Part shown: positions 36,597-47,959 of the stretch, piece by piece
Position numbering within the stretch: the first letter of the stretch is position 1
Layout of the letters: each line of letters opens with the position of its first letter
From: Eledone cirrhosa
Lineage: Eukaryota
Direction of reading: 5' to 3'
Assembly: GCA_964016885.1 (NCBI GenBank)
Contig: OZ024747.1
Coordinates: forward strand, 42,966,001 to 43,030,000
DNA: 64,000 bases
Translations under genes and position numbers: made by a program
Notes under the pieces: model-generated
Databases searched by the model: none
The model's input: only the letters and a program-made list of their open reading frames with translations
What the model was told of the DNA's origin: nothing

Positions 36597-39500
36597 TTTT
36601 CCCTGGCTACATCTTTTAATTATGGTACTCCCAGTTAGAATGTGACAGTATTATAACTTTGCATTCACAGTCCATATTTTACTAATATAAAGCAGTACTT
36701 TGAAAATATACTTTGTTGACATGTCCCAGGACAAATACTGATTTATCAGAAAAAGAAAATAATTCATGAAATGTTTTCATACAGAAATACTTCTAAAAGA
36801 AAAAAAGTGATCATAAATTTGCTATGAAAAGAATTAGAAGTAGTAGTTAAAAGTCGAGTAGAAAGTTGATATATAAATAAACCATACATTAGTGTTGGAA
36901 AGTACATTCAGCTATGAAATTTCTACTTCTAGATAAGATAATACCAAATGGTGAAAATTATTATTTGAAAATCAAACTGTTCAAACAGTCTATTATGACA
37001 ACTAAAAACTTTAGAATCACATCTATTAAAATGAAAATCCTTTGTTGTATGATTCTTTCATGATATGTGAAAGTTTCTTGTAATAAATGTTAGAGAAATT
37101 TAAAGAGTTTGTTCATAACATTATTGATTATTGTTAGAAATAGTTACAGCAATAGCCATACATCAAGGAATGTAAAATCAATAGAAAATGGAATGGTTAT
37201 TGCTTTTCCTAAAGATTATAGCCCCATTAAAGATAATTAATTTCTCTCCAGAGTTTCATATATCTGTGTTATATATCAAATCATCATGAAAATAGATTTT
37301 TCATTCACATCTTTCCATATTTGTTTATACAGACGTGTTATTTAAACTGAAGCTGTGAGTTAAGATGAATGAGATGTGGGAGAAGATGTGTCGAAGAAGC
37401 TGAGCTTGAAAGAGCATGTCTAACTTCAATAATTCCTACTTTTATGTTTAGGGTCAACGAGTGAATGAATTAGAAGTGGCATTATTCTCTAACATAGAAA
37501 TTGGTCAAAATATCTTTAACCCTTTTACTACAATATTTCTAATGAAAAACACTGCCTATGGTTTTCAAGTTGCTTTGAAAATAATGAAGAATTTGGCAGG
37601 ATTTAGTAATATAGCTATAGTTTTCTCATTAGGAAGATGGTTCTTGGAACAAAATTTAACAAAAGTTTATACATAAAATTATGATGATGTTGTTTAGATA
37701 AATATAAATACTTTGAAATAAATAACTTTGTTACATAGAACAAGGGTTGGTTTCAAGTGTTTTGTTATTGAAAGTGTTAATAAAAATAATTTTTTGTAAC
37801 TTAGATACAAGACCACAAATTTTTGAGGGGAAGGAACAGTCAGAAGAATTTGCATTCAAAACATGAGATTGCAACTAAATACCACAAGGCATTTTGTCCA
37901 ATCAATGCTCAAAAGATTCTACTAATCCCTCAATCATCAGTCACTCATAGAACCTTTTTGTATACTTAGAATAAATGAATCCGAAAATCACTGGTTTTGG
38001 TGCACCAAGTTGACACTGCTCATTCCAGTACACTCTGGGACATAACAAAACAGGTAGAGACAAGTTATGCCTAAAGGCAAATTACACAAATATAGAAGAA
38101 AAGGTATCCTAAGTGCATCAGCTGACAGAACAGGTATAGAATGGTACACAATGGCTTAGTCAAAGGAAAACAAAAATACATATACAAGAATAAGTAATGA
38201 AAATGATTAGTATTTCATTTAAATATTTAAACTCATCCAACTCAGTAATGTATTTAAAGTTGGAAACTTTAAAAGTTGTTTCAATATAACTTCCATTTGG
38301 TTTAATAAAGTAATATCAGGCAGAGAGACTAAAGCGGAATTAGATACATACAGTTGCTTCTTTTCCTACTTTACCCTCCATTATCAATAATCTAATGCAG
38401 TTACCTAGTTATCTTTAAATCTCACTGAGAATCTCTGATTTAGATTGCTATTGAAAATATTCCATGCAATTAGAGTTGGCTTTTAGATGGGAATGATGTT
38501 GTTTATTTATAGACAGTCAGGCTGGTTATTTATTGTTGAAGCAAAACACGTAGTCTGGCTGATCTCGTATTGACATGGAAAGTAGATAGTCAAAGAGTGA
38601 TGATGCCTTTTTTGTTTTCTTTCTTTTTAAACATGAGAATCAGATGAAATACAGCAGAAATGGTCCAGGTTATATTTAAGCATAAATATTGTGATTTAAT
38701 CTGTAGAAATAGTGCTGTACCTAGAGATATTAACCAATTGGAAAAACATTATGTCAAATGGTAAAAAGAGTTACAGTTTCATTCCATGAATCATCTTCAT
38801 CAGTTATTTTATTGACTAATACACATATATTGAGTCCTTAATCTTGTCAATGTTTGCAAGTTTTATGTATTTAAAATCACTTATTTTTAACTGTATAGAT
38901 GTGTATAATTTAATAGATAATTTAATAGGGTGGTGGATCGGGCAGAGTCGTTAGAACATTGGATAAATGCTTAGCAGTATTTGTTCCAGTTCTCTAAGTT
39001 CTTAGTTTAAACCCCACCAAGGTCAGCTTTGCCTTTCATCCTTCCAATCCAATCTAATCCAGAGCCTTCTCACCCCTGTTGGAGGAACCCCTCCCTGGTT
39101 AGCCAGGATCATTTTCTGTTTGGTTTTGATCATGTCAGGGGTGTAGCAGTACTCACATACTTGGTCAATTTGGGGTAGGTGAGACTATTTAACCCATAGA
39201 TGGGGTGGGTGTCCATTGACTCTCAGGTATTCATCTGTACTTTTAACAGCTCTTGTTTATTGTGCTGTTGGAGTTTCAACCTTTCAGGATCGATAAAATA
39301 AATTGTCTGTAATGTACTTGGGTTTATGTAATCGTTTATTCTCCTCTCATAAATTGCCTGATTTCTGCCTATGTTAGAAACTCTTACCATCATCATTTTA
39401 TGTCTGTCTTTCTGTGTTGACATGGGTTGGACTGGTCTGCTGCACCACAGCACTCCATCTCTTGTTGTGGTCTGTTGCCATGAGTTTCAGCATCCTCAGA

Positions 39501-40283
39501 TGGACTTTCTACATTCTCCTCTGACTTGCTCTTCTCTTCTCTTCTTCGATTTTGAACATTTAACCCTATTTCAGAAATATCCATACCAGCTCTGTCTTTT
39601 CTCTTGCATATTCTGATTAATTCCTCTAATGCCCATTATTTGTCACTCAGATTACCTCTGCTCTATCATTCACACATCTAACAGTGCATTCTGAAATGTG
39701 GTTAGTGTTAGTAAGAGTATCCAGCTATAGAAACCAAGCCAAAAAACCAAGTATACAAGCAGGATGTGGTCACCTGACCAGTCTAGCCTTAGTACCTGAC
39801 AACCTGTCTAATTCATACAAGCATGGAAAATATATATTAAGCAGTGATGATGGTGATGATGAATATTCATAATTCATATTGGCTCCATATATATAATCAA
39901 AAACGTTGAAGACTGAACCATTTCATCTAGTTTTCTTCAGGCTGTGTATGTGTGTGTTCAGAATTATATTATCTAATGTGTCCCTCTCCATTCTCCACAG
40001 CTTTTAGAGTGCTAGAGTGGAATTTTAGAGCTATCCAGCTGCCATTTCTGGTAGGCTCAGCCACAGCATAGAATTGAAAACATTCAGATAAAAAATCATT
40101 CTAGCCACAATAAAGCAACGTTCTGTTTACATTGAGAGAATCTTGTTTATGAATAATAACCTTGAAAAGAGTTTGAATATATTTGATAATAAGAAACATA
40201 ACTTTAGTGTAGTATACTCCACTTCTTTAATCTCATTCACAAGTACTGACAAGTCTGCTAAGTGAGCCTGAATCTTCTAGAAA

Positions 40284-40753
40284 GCTTTATATTCTTGAAA
40301 GTATATTTGTCAACTTGATATCATTATGATTTATTTGGAATATTGTTTGTCTAAACTATTTATTGAGTTTGTTGAGCCAGAGGTAATAAATTTCTATCTT
40401 TATTCACTGAACTTTACAACCTACATGTGGTTATGCAAGTCATCAATGTTTTATGTAAGATAATCATTTCTGATACATTATTTTTCTTTAAAAAAAAATA
40501 GAAAACATTGTGTGTGTGTGTGTGTAGTATTTAGATCTATTTTATATACGTCTGTGTGTGTGTAGGTTTATCTACAAAATGTTGATATTGTTAACTTGAC
40601 AGTGGGAAGAATATAAAACAATATAAATGTTACAATTCCTGTCTGTGGACAGAAATAGAAAACATAGATATATGGTTTGGTTGAGATTTATGACTTATCT
40701 TTAATGCATTATGGTTCTCAGACATTCCACTGTGATATGATTTCTGTTGTAAG
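40284..40753. repeat. Inverted partner of 12314-13062
   Basis: Reverse-complement match read by eye. Confidence 0.9.
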
Positions 40754-42074
40754 ACAGAAAACCTCATTGGATATATTTCTGCATCACTGAACAAAAGTTT
40801 CAATTTCTTATATAAAGAAAATAAAAACACACTTTGATATATGAGCTAACAAGAGAGTCTGTAAATCTCATAAGACGTTTAGTAAATACTACATTAATTT
40901 ATTTATAAGACTAATCAGATGGGGAAAGGGTTGCACTCACAACCTTTTTCAAGGCTTCCAAAACTGGTGCGAGGGAGGACTGCACTCATGACGTTTTTTA
41001 AGGCTTCCAAAATTGATGGGAGGGAGGGCTGCCCTCATGACCTTTTTCAGGGCTTTCAATGATGGTGATGAGGAAGGGAGGGCTATGCTTAGATTGTGGA
41101 TTGGGCTTGGTTGCTTGGCTTACAACAGAGTTAATTCTGCTAAAGGCATACAAAGTCCATGGTGGGGTGTTTAACTGGATGATGAGTTAAGCCTGCCACC
41201 CAAAAATCAGAAACACTCCCTTCAATGTATTTCTACATAGTTTCAATCTAACAAATTTTGCCCCTAAGTTTATTTCACAGCATACCACCACAGAGTATAT
41301 ATGTAAAGACTCCCAATGAAGTTGATGAGTTGTCATCACGTCTTGGTCACTTTAAAATCATTTAAAGATATTTATCATATTTTCAATTTATTGGGAAATT
41401 TGTATTTTCTGGTATGTTTACATGCCTACTTATTAGATATGTGTATATATTTATACACATTGATGCAGTCTCAGTTAACGACTTGGTAGCTATACAGATA
41501 TAACTATATCATACACTTTGGCCGCTAGTACATTTCTTATTATATATCTTAATTAATTACCAACACGAGTGCTAATTATATGCAAATTAGTATGTCCATT
41601 TCAGAATAATACTAAGAGTGAATGGGTATATTATATACTCTCCCAAACCATGTTTCCTTGTGGGAGATTGGATGATATACATGTCTTCTGATAATGGTCC
41701 AATTACATTTGAAAATTGATTAAAGATGTTTATAATTTTTTTCAATTTACAGGGAAATTTATATTTTTTAGCATGTTTACATGTCTATATATTAAATATG
41801 TGTATATATTTATACAGTCTTGGTTACCCACTCTGAATTTATGCAGATAGAACTATATTTTATCTACATCACTGGGTTGTGAGAGTTTTCTTGGGAGCTA
41901 CAGGCGTTGCCCATTGCTCCATCTCACTAACTGCCACCTCTAGGTGAACACCTCTGCTGAGAATATATATAAATACCTCCTCCACGTCCACTAAGCATGG
42001 ACCTAATATAACTGTGTTCAAATGCCTCCTGTGTTTTGTTCATTCATTTTCAACAATATATATATATATATATG

Positions 42075-42147
<73 letters not shown>

Positions 42148-42150
<3 letters not shown>

Positions 42151-42803
42151 GGAGGCACATGGCTTAGTGATTATTCTCAGACCGGGTGATGTGTTGTTTC
42201 CTTGAGCAAGACACTTTTTATTTCACATTGCTCCAGTTTACTCAGCTGTAGAAATGAGATGATAGGGTCCCTATCATTCCACTGCAAAGTGGTCGTGGAG
42301 GTGCCACGGCAAAAAAGCACCCAGCACTCACTGTAAATGAGGTTGGTGTTAGGGAGGGCATCCAGCTGTAGAAATCAAGCCAGAATCAGTTCCCGTCCCA
42401 CCCTTGCAATCAGGGAGAAGCGGACGTAAAATGATGATATTCGACGGCTGGAGAGAAATGAAGGAAGTATGCTTCGTTGGATGTGCAATGAGAAAGAAAC
42501 TGGGTAAAAGAGGGATAAGTTGTGGTGTGCAGGAGAGGGGCTGAGATGGTATGGACTTGTGATGCGCATGGAGGATGACCACTGGGTGAAGAAGTGCCAA
42601 GAAATCCCGGTGGAAGGAAGACACAGTAGAGGAAGACCACAAAAAACATGGGCGGAGGTGGTGATAGCTGACCTCAGATCGCTGAAACTCACGGAAGAGA
42701 TGACGAAGGACCGTGACAAGTGGAGAGATGCTGTGCTGAATAGGACCCGTCCAACCCTTGCAAGCAGGGAAAAGCAGACGTAAAATGATGATGATGATGA
42801 TGA
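42148..42803 (+). mobile_element. RTE-tailed SINE followed directly by an RTE LINE 3' fragment
   Basis: SINE at 42148-42440, then RRLERNE..LRWYGLVMRM..GRPQKTW..ASREKQT* and (GAT)n. Confidence 0.87.
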
Positions 42804-42812
42804 TATAAGATC

Positions 42813-43649
42813 CGTAGTAAATAACTGATGAAGGGAAACTTTTCTTCTCATGTTTGTCTCCCGATTACCTTCTAACACTTTGTTTTCAGTAACCACACAG
42901 CCTTGCCTCCTAACCCGTATTTTTATATTTACTGATTTGACCTCCTCTCTACCTGTTTTGCTTGATTTGTTGTCCCTAGCCAGACTTATGTCCCGCCACG
43001 CTTTCGGATCAACTCCCTCCTTTTCTCTCTCTCTCTCTCTCTCCTTATCCATTTGCTTGTTTTCAGCCTCGGTCGCATGTGCGCCATAAACCCGTTTTGG
43101 ATTAACTCCCTTTCCCTTCTCCTCCCCCTCTCTCTCTCTATCCCTCTTACTCACCCCCCTCTCTCTCTATCCCTCTTACTCCCTCCCTCTGTCCTCTACT
43201 CCCTCTCACTTCCGGTTTCTCCGTCTTTCTCTCTCTCTACACTCACTTTACTGAGAATCGCCACGGAATAACCTAGCTTCTCTGTTATTACAGCCGCCCA
43301 TCGTCTTGGTATAACTTGATCTATTTTCTCTTCAGTTTACTTACTAACATGTGCCATTGTCCCGTGTTCCCCTTTCTCTCGGTATGTTTACTTTGTTTTT
43401 TCCTTTTTTTCTTATTGCCTTTTTCTTTTTTCCTCTCTCTTCGCTATCACTTCTTTCTCTCATGCCCTTTTGATAGATAAAAGGCCATGGGCGCGCTATG
43501 GATTGATGTTCTGTTTTAAGCGCCGAAACATCCAACATTCGTAGTAAACAGCTGACGAAGGGAAACTTTTCTTCTCTTGTTTGTGTCCCGATTACCTTCT
43601 AACACTTCGTTTTCAGTAACCACATAGCCTCGCCTCCTAACCCGTATTT
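42813..43649 (+). mobile_element. Non-coding element bounded by direct terminal repeats of about 110 bp (pLTR/retrozyme-like layout)
   Basis: 42813-42922 matches 43540-43649, a period of 727 bp. The interior is pyrimidine-rich and non-coding, and the element ends in (TA)n. Confidence 0.6.
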
Positions 43650-43678
43650 ATATATATGCATACATACATATATATATA

Positions 43679-44110
43679 CTAGCCGAATTACCCGCACCGC
43701 ACCTTGCTGCATTTCACACATTTTTTTTGTAAGAAAATGATGATTGATTTTAAATCAGTGATATAATTCTGCATTTCAATATTACTCAATGTAAAATGTA
43801 ATGCATGAAAAATTGGAAAACATTTTTTGTAATATATCAAATCAAAGTTACATTATTAAATCTTATTATTATTTTGTGAATAGGCATCATATCTTGTCAT
43901 TTACCTATTGTTTAAATTTCATATAAATCGAAGGGAAAACGTTTTCAGCGGGGTTTTTTGGCCCCCGGGAAACCCTATGATTAAATTGAAATATACTTAT
44001 CCAAGTACCCTGGGCAATAAATGTCGTTTCAGAATATATATGGTTATGGGGGTCTATCTCCAAAACCATAGGAGGAGTTCGTGAACAAACAAACAATCAG
44101 ACAGGAATAC
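43679..44110 (-). mobile_element. Non-autonomous Helitron-like element whose 5' end abuts the Tc1 insertion
   Basis: Minus-strand 3' end GCGGGTAATTCGGCTAG|T, and a TGTCTG/TGTTTG-rich 5' region. Confidence 0.55.
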
Positions 44111-44112
44111 AA

Positions 44113-45687
44113 CAGTGCCCCGCAAAAGTTTACAACACATTAGGAAAAATGCAGTTTTAGGTATTTTTAATAAAGTTAGGGTAATAATGAGGCATTTAAT
44201 GATACAATCATACTTTTAAAAAAATAACAAGGAAATAACACATGAAGAAAAATCAATATTTTTATAACACAAAAGTTTACAACACATTTTATATTTATCG
44301 CTTTTTTTCAAGAAAATTCTTAAATTTTCAGATTTAAAATTCAGTAGAATGTTCTAGATTAGGTTTAAGGTAACTTCTAAGGACTATTAAAAACATTACA
44401 TCATTATTTGTCTGACAACCATCCTGTAAACATTGACAACCGTCCTGTAAACATGGACAATATGGGGAAAAATAAACTGATTGATCAAGACCTCTGTAAA
44501 CGCATTGTAGACCTTCATACAAATGGTGTTGGTTATAGAAAGATATCTTGTCAGTTAAATGTGCCATTGAGTTCAGTTGGTACAATAATTCGTCACTGGA
44601 AATCTCATCATTCCAACTGTCTTCTAATTAGTTCTGGTTGTCCTAGAAAGATAACGGAACGTGCAGCTCGGTTATGGACGAGAAAGGTTGGCAACGAACC
44701 CCGGTGTACTCTTAAAAATCTTCAGGATGACCTAGAAGAAAGTGGAGTAAAAGTGAGCACAGATACAATTAGTCGTTCACTTCGTCGATATAATATCTTC
44801 TCGAGGTTTCCAAGGAAAGCACTACTTCTTACGAGGAAACACGTTCTTCGTTGATTAAACTTTGCAAATGAGCATCTCATCAAACCTGCGTCATTTTGGG
44901 AAGATGTACTTTAGTCGGACGAAACAAAAATTGAACTTTTTGGTCGAAATGCTGTGGCAAAAGTCTGGAGAAAGAAAGGTACTGAATATTCGCTGAAGAA
45001 TACTATTCCAACTGTAAAATTTGGAGGTGGATCAATCATGGTCTGGGGTTGCTTTAGTGCCACAGGAGTAGGAAATATTGAAATAATAGAAGGAAGAATG
45101 GGTGGCACTTATTATAGAGGTATTTTCCAAAGGAATTTACATCAAAGTGCACATTCTCTCAGCTTAAAGCCAAGTTGGTTTTTTCAACAAGATAACAATC
45201 CAAAGCATACTGCAAAGCTAACACAATCTTGGTTAAGTACGAATGGAATAAATGTTCTAAAATGACCATGTCAGTCTCCAGATCTTAACCCGATCGAAAA
45301 TTTGTGGAGAGAATTCAAAAAAGGAAACCCCAAAATATCCCTGAACTAAAGAAAATTTGTTGTGAAGAATGGATAAATATTAGCCAAGAAACATGCAAGA
45401 AGTTTGTAGGAGGCTACTCCAAACGCCCTACAGGCTGTAATTAGCAACAAAGGTTACGCTACGAAATATTAAGAGATGATTTAATAAATGTGTTGTAAAC
45501 TTTTGCGTTATAAAAATATTGATTTTTCTTCATGAGTTATTTCCGTGTTATTTTTTTAAAACTATGATTGTATCATTAAATGCCTCATTATATGTTCTAT
45601 CGGTAGTTAAATTTTCATTACCCTAACTTTATTAAAAATACCTAAAACCGCAATTTTCCTAATGTGTTGTAAACTTTTGCGGGGCAC

Positions 45688-45689
<2 letters not shown>
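44113..45689 (+). mobile_element. Full-length but defective Tc1-like (DD34E) transposon with long IR/DR-type terminal repeats
   Basis: TIRs CAGTGCCCCGCAAAAGTTTACAACACATT.. of about 180-205 bp, each with an inner repeat of the outer binding motif (about 44270 and 45490). Confidence 0.95.
44462..45472 (+). pseudogene. Tc1 transposase pseudogene
   Basis: MGKNK..GYRKIS..GCPRKIT; SDETKIELFG; VKFGGGSIMVWGCF; QQDNNPKH..QSPDLNPIENLW. Several stops and frameshifts. Confidence 0.93.
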
Positions 45690-45733
<44 letters not shown>

Positions 45734-45853
45734 GCAAGAAGCAAAGAAAATATCAGTGATATGAAAAGATTTCCTGGTGGAAGTTCAGGTAAACTCGGGG
45801 TGTATATCCAGTTTCAGAGTGAAAATCCGAGTTTGAGAGGTCCATGTAAGCGT

Positions 45854-45900
<47 letters not shown>

Positions 45901-45901
<1 letters not shown>

Positions 45902-46165
45902 ATGTAAAAGGTACATAGAAATAACAACACAATCGGTACAGTATTTGGAAGGAAAACATGAATGTTATTTTTCTCTAAAAACATTTTTTCCAATTCCACG
46001 CCCCGCCTGTCTCTTCAATCTTTCTAATTTCTCATTCTTTCTTCTGATGAAGGACTAGCGTCTGAAACGTTAAAACCCTCTTAGTATTATTTCAAGCATT
46101 AACCTAATATGTTCCTTCCATCTACTGTACCGATTGTGTTGTTATTTTTGTTTACCTTTTACATA
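45901..46165 (+). mobile_element. Short hammerhead-bearing element with an inverted copy of its own 3' end at the 5' side
   Basis: 45901-45954 is the approximate reverse complement of 46112-46165. Both flanks are TA/TG microsatellite. Confidence 0.75.
46040..46075 (+). ncRNA. Minimal type I hammerhead ribozyme motif
   Basis: TCTT-CTGATGA-A-GGAC-TAGC-GTCT-GAAA-CG-TT-AAAA. The core is intact, stem III is palindromic (ACGT), and stem I has one mismatch. Confidence 0.75.
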
Positions 46166-46218
46166 CATATATATAACTCTTTAAAATTCCCACACACAGT
46201 GCATTCTTATATCAATCA

Positions 46219-46574
46219 CTAGCAGATTTACCCGGCGTTGCTCGGGGTTTGAAATTATGCTAAGAATATACAGCTAGGAAGTAAAAGAAGAATATTATTT
46301 GTCCCCAACCTGTCAAAATAAGCAGTCTCTTTATAAGGATTGTCAATAAAGTTGGTTATCTCCCTTACATCAATTTTGCTACCGATCATTTTGATATGGA
46401 TTTTTTATTGTTCAACGTGCGTCGATTTGAAATTTTTTTGAGATGTGACCATCTTAGCGACCTGTGCAACGTGCACAGAAAATTTGGTCAAACTCGGTTG
46501 GTAATTGTAAAAGCCTTAGGTATCCAAAGTTGTACACAGACACACACACATCCTCGCTTTTATATATATAAAGA
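46219..46574 (-). mobile_element. Non-autonomous Helitron
   Basis: On the minus strand it starts with TC and ends with the hairpin CCCGAGCAACGCCGGG followed by TAAATCTG-CTAG. It is inserted between A and T with no TSD. Confidence 0.85.
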
Positions 46575-47000
46575 TGTTGCTACAATAAGAAATAATTGTT
46601 TCTATTTTTTTGGCACAAGGCCAGCAAATTACCCAGTACATTACTCGTACTTTATTTTATCGACCCGGTAAGGATGAAAAGCAAAGTTAACCTCAGCAGG
46701 ATTTGAACTCAGACCGTAAAGGGAGATAACTATGCTGGAAAGCATGGCATCCGACCCTATCAGCTGGAATACTTGTGATCATAGTTCTTTACCAGTCATG
46801 TTTAACTTGGAAGTAATTGCCATCATCCCCATCATCATCATCATCACCACCATAGTTACTATCACCATCTTCATCATCATCATCAACAACAGCAACCATG
46901 TAGAAAGCTTCCAGGACTTAGTATACACACACACTCACACACACACACATACACACACATACATAATACACACACACACATACACACACACACACATACA

Positions 47001-47039
<39 letters not shown>

Positions 47040-47113
47040 TCTCATCTATGTAAGGAGCTAGACTTGAAATACATTGGTGGCAATAATTAAGGAAGAGGAG
47101 CAGGATGTGGATA

Positions 47114-47156
<43 letters not shown>

Positions 47157-47364
47157 GGGGGAAGAGTGAGGTGAATGATACCTTCTGTAAAGACAAAAAC
47201 AACAACAAAAAGACACAAAAAAACAAACAAAAGCAAAACAAGTTTGGTTTTAATTTAATAAAAGTTCAGCAATGATACCCGGGAGGTGTTATACTGCAGA
47301 ATATGTTGTGTTGGAGGATGCCATTTAATTAGATGTTTTATGTCTAAATTAGAAACCATTATTA

Positions 47365-47772
47365 TGGGTCGGACGCCATGCTTTGACGCATAGAGTTACA
47401 ACCCTTGCCATTTTGAGTTTGAATCCCGCCGAGGTTAACTTTGCCTTTCATCCTTACGGGGTCGATAAAATAAAGTACCAGTAATGCACTGGGTAATTGC
47501 TGGCCTTGTGCCAAAAAGTAGAAACCATTATTATGGGAGTGGTGGATTGGCAGAATTGGTAGAGCGTCGGACACCATGCTTTGCAACTTAGAGTTATGGC
47601 CCTTTATGTTCTGAGTTAAAATTCCGCCAAGGTTTAACTTTCTTTCATCCTTACCGGTTCAATAAAATAAAGTACCAGTAATGCACTGGAGTCGATTTGA
47701 TCGACTTTCCCTTCCCCCAAAATTGCTGGCCTTGTGCCTATAGTAGAAATTATTATTATTATTATTATTATT
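47365..47772 (+). mobile_element. Two tandem Deu/Nin-like tRNA SINEs
   Basis: Same core as 30706-31090, with a (TTA)n tail. Confidence 0.85.
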
Positions 47773-47959
47773 TCAAAGAATCAATGAATCAATATGTCTT
47801 GAAGCTGTTATTCTCTGTCTGACCAAATTAATAGTACAGCCAAGATTAAATAAATAACTAATTGAAAAGCAAAGAACATGTTTTTTTTTGTGTTTTTCTT
47901 CTTTTCTTTTTTTTTTATTTTACTGAATTATTCAATAACTATTCTTTGTTTTATACCTT

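Noticed and set aside
41360-41860. Diverged direct duplication of about 140 bp, and three units of about 49 bp near 40930-41090
   Set aside because: Old local duplications with no further structure or functional hint.
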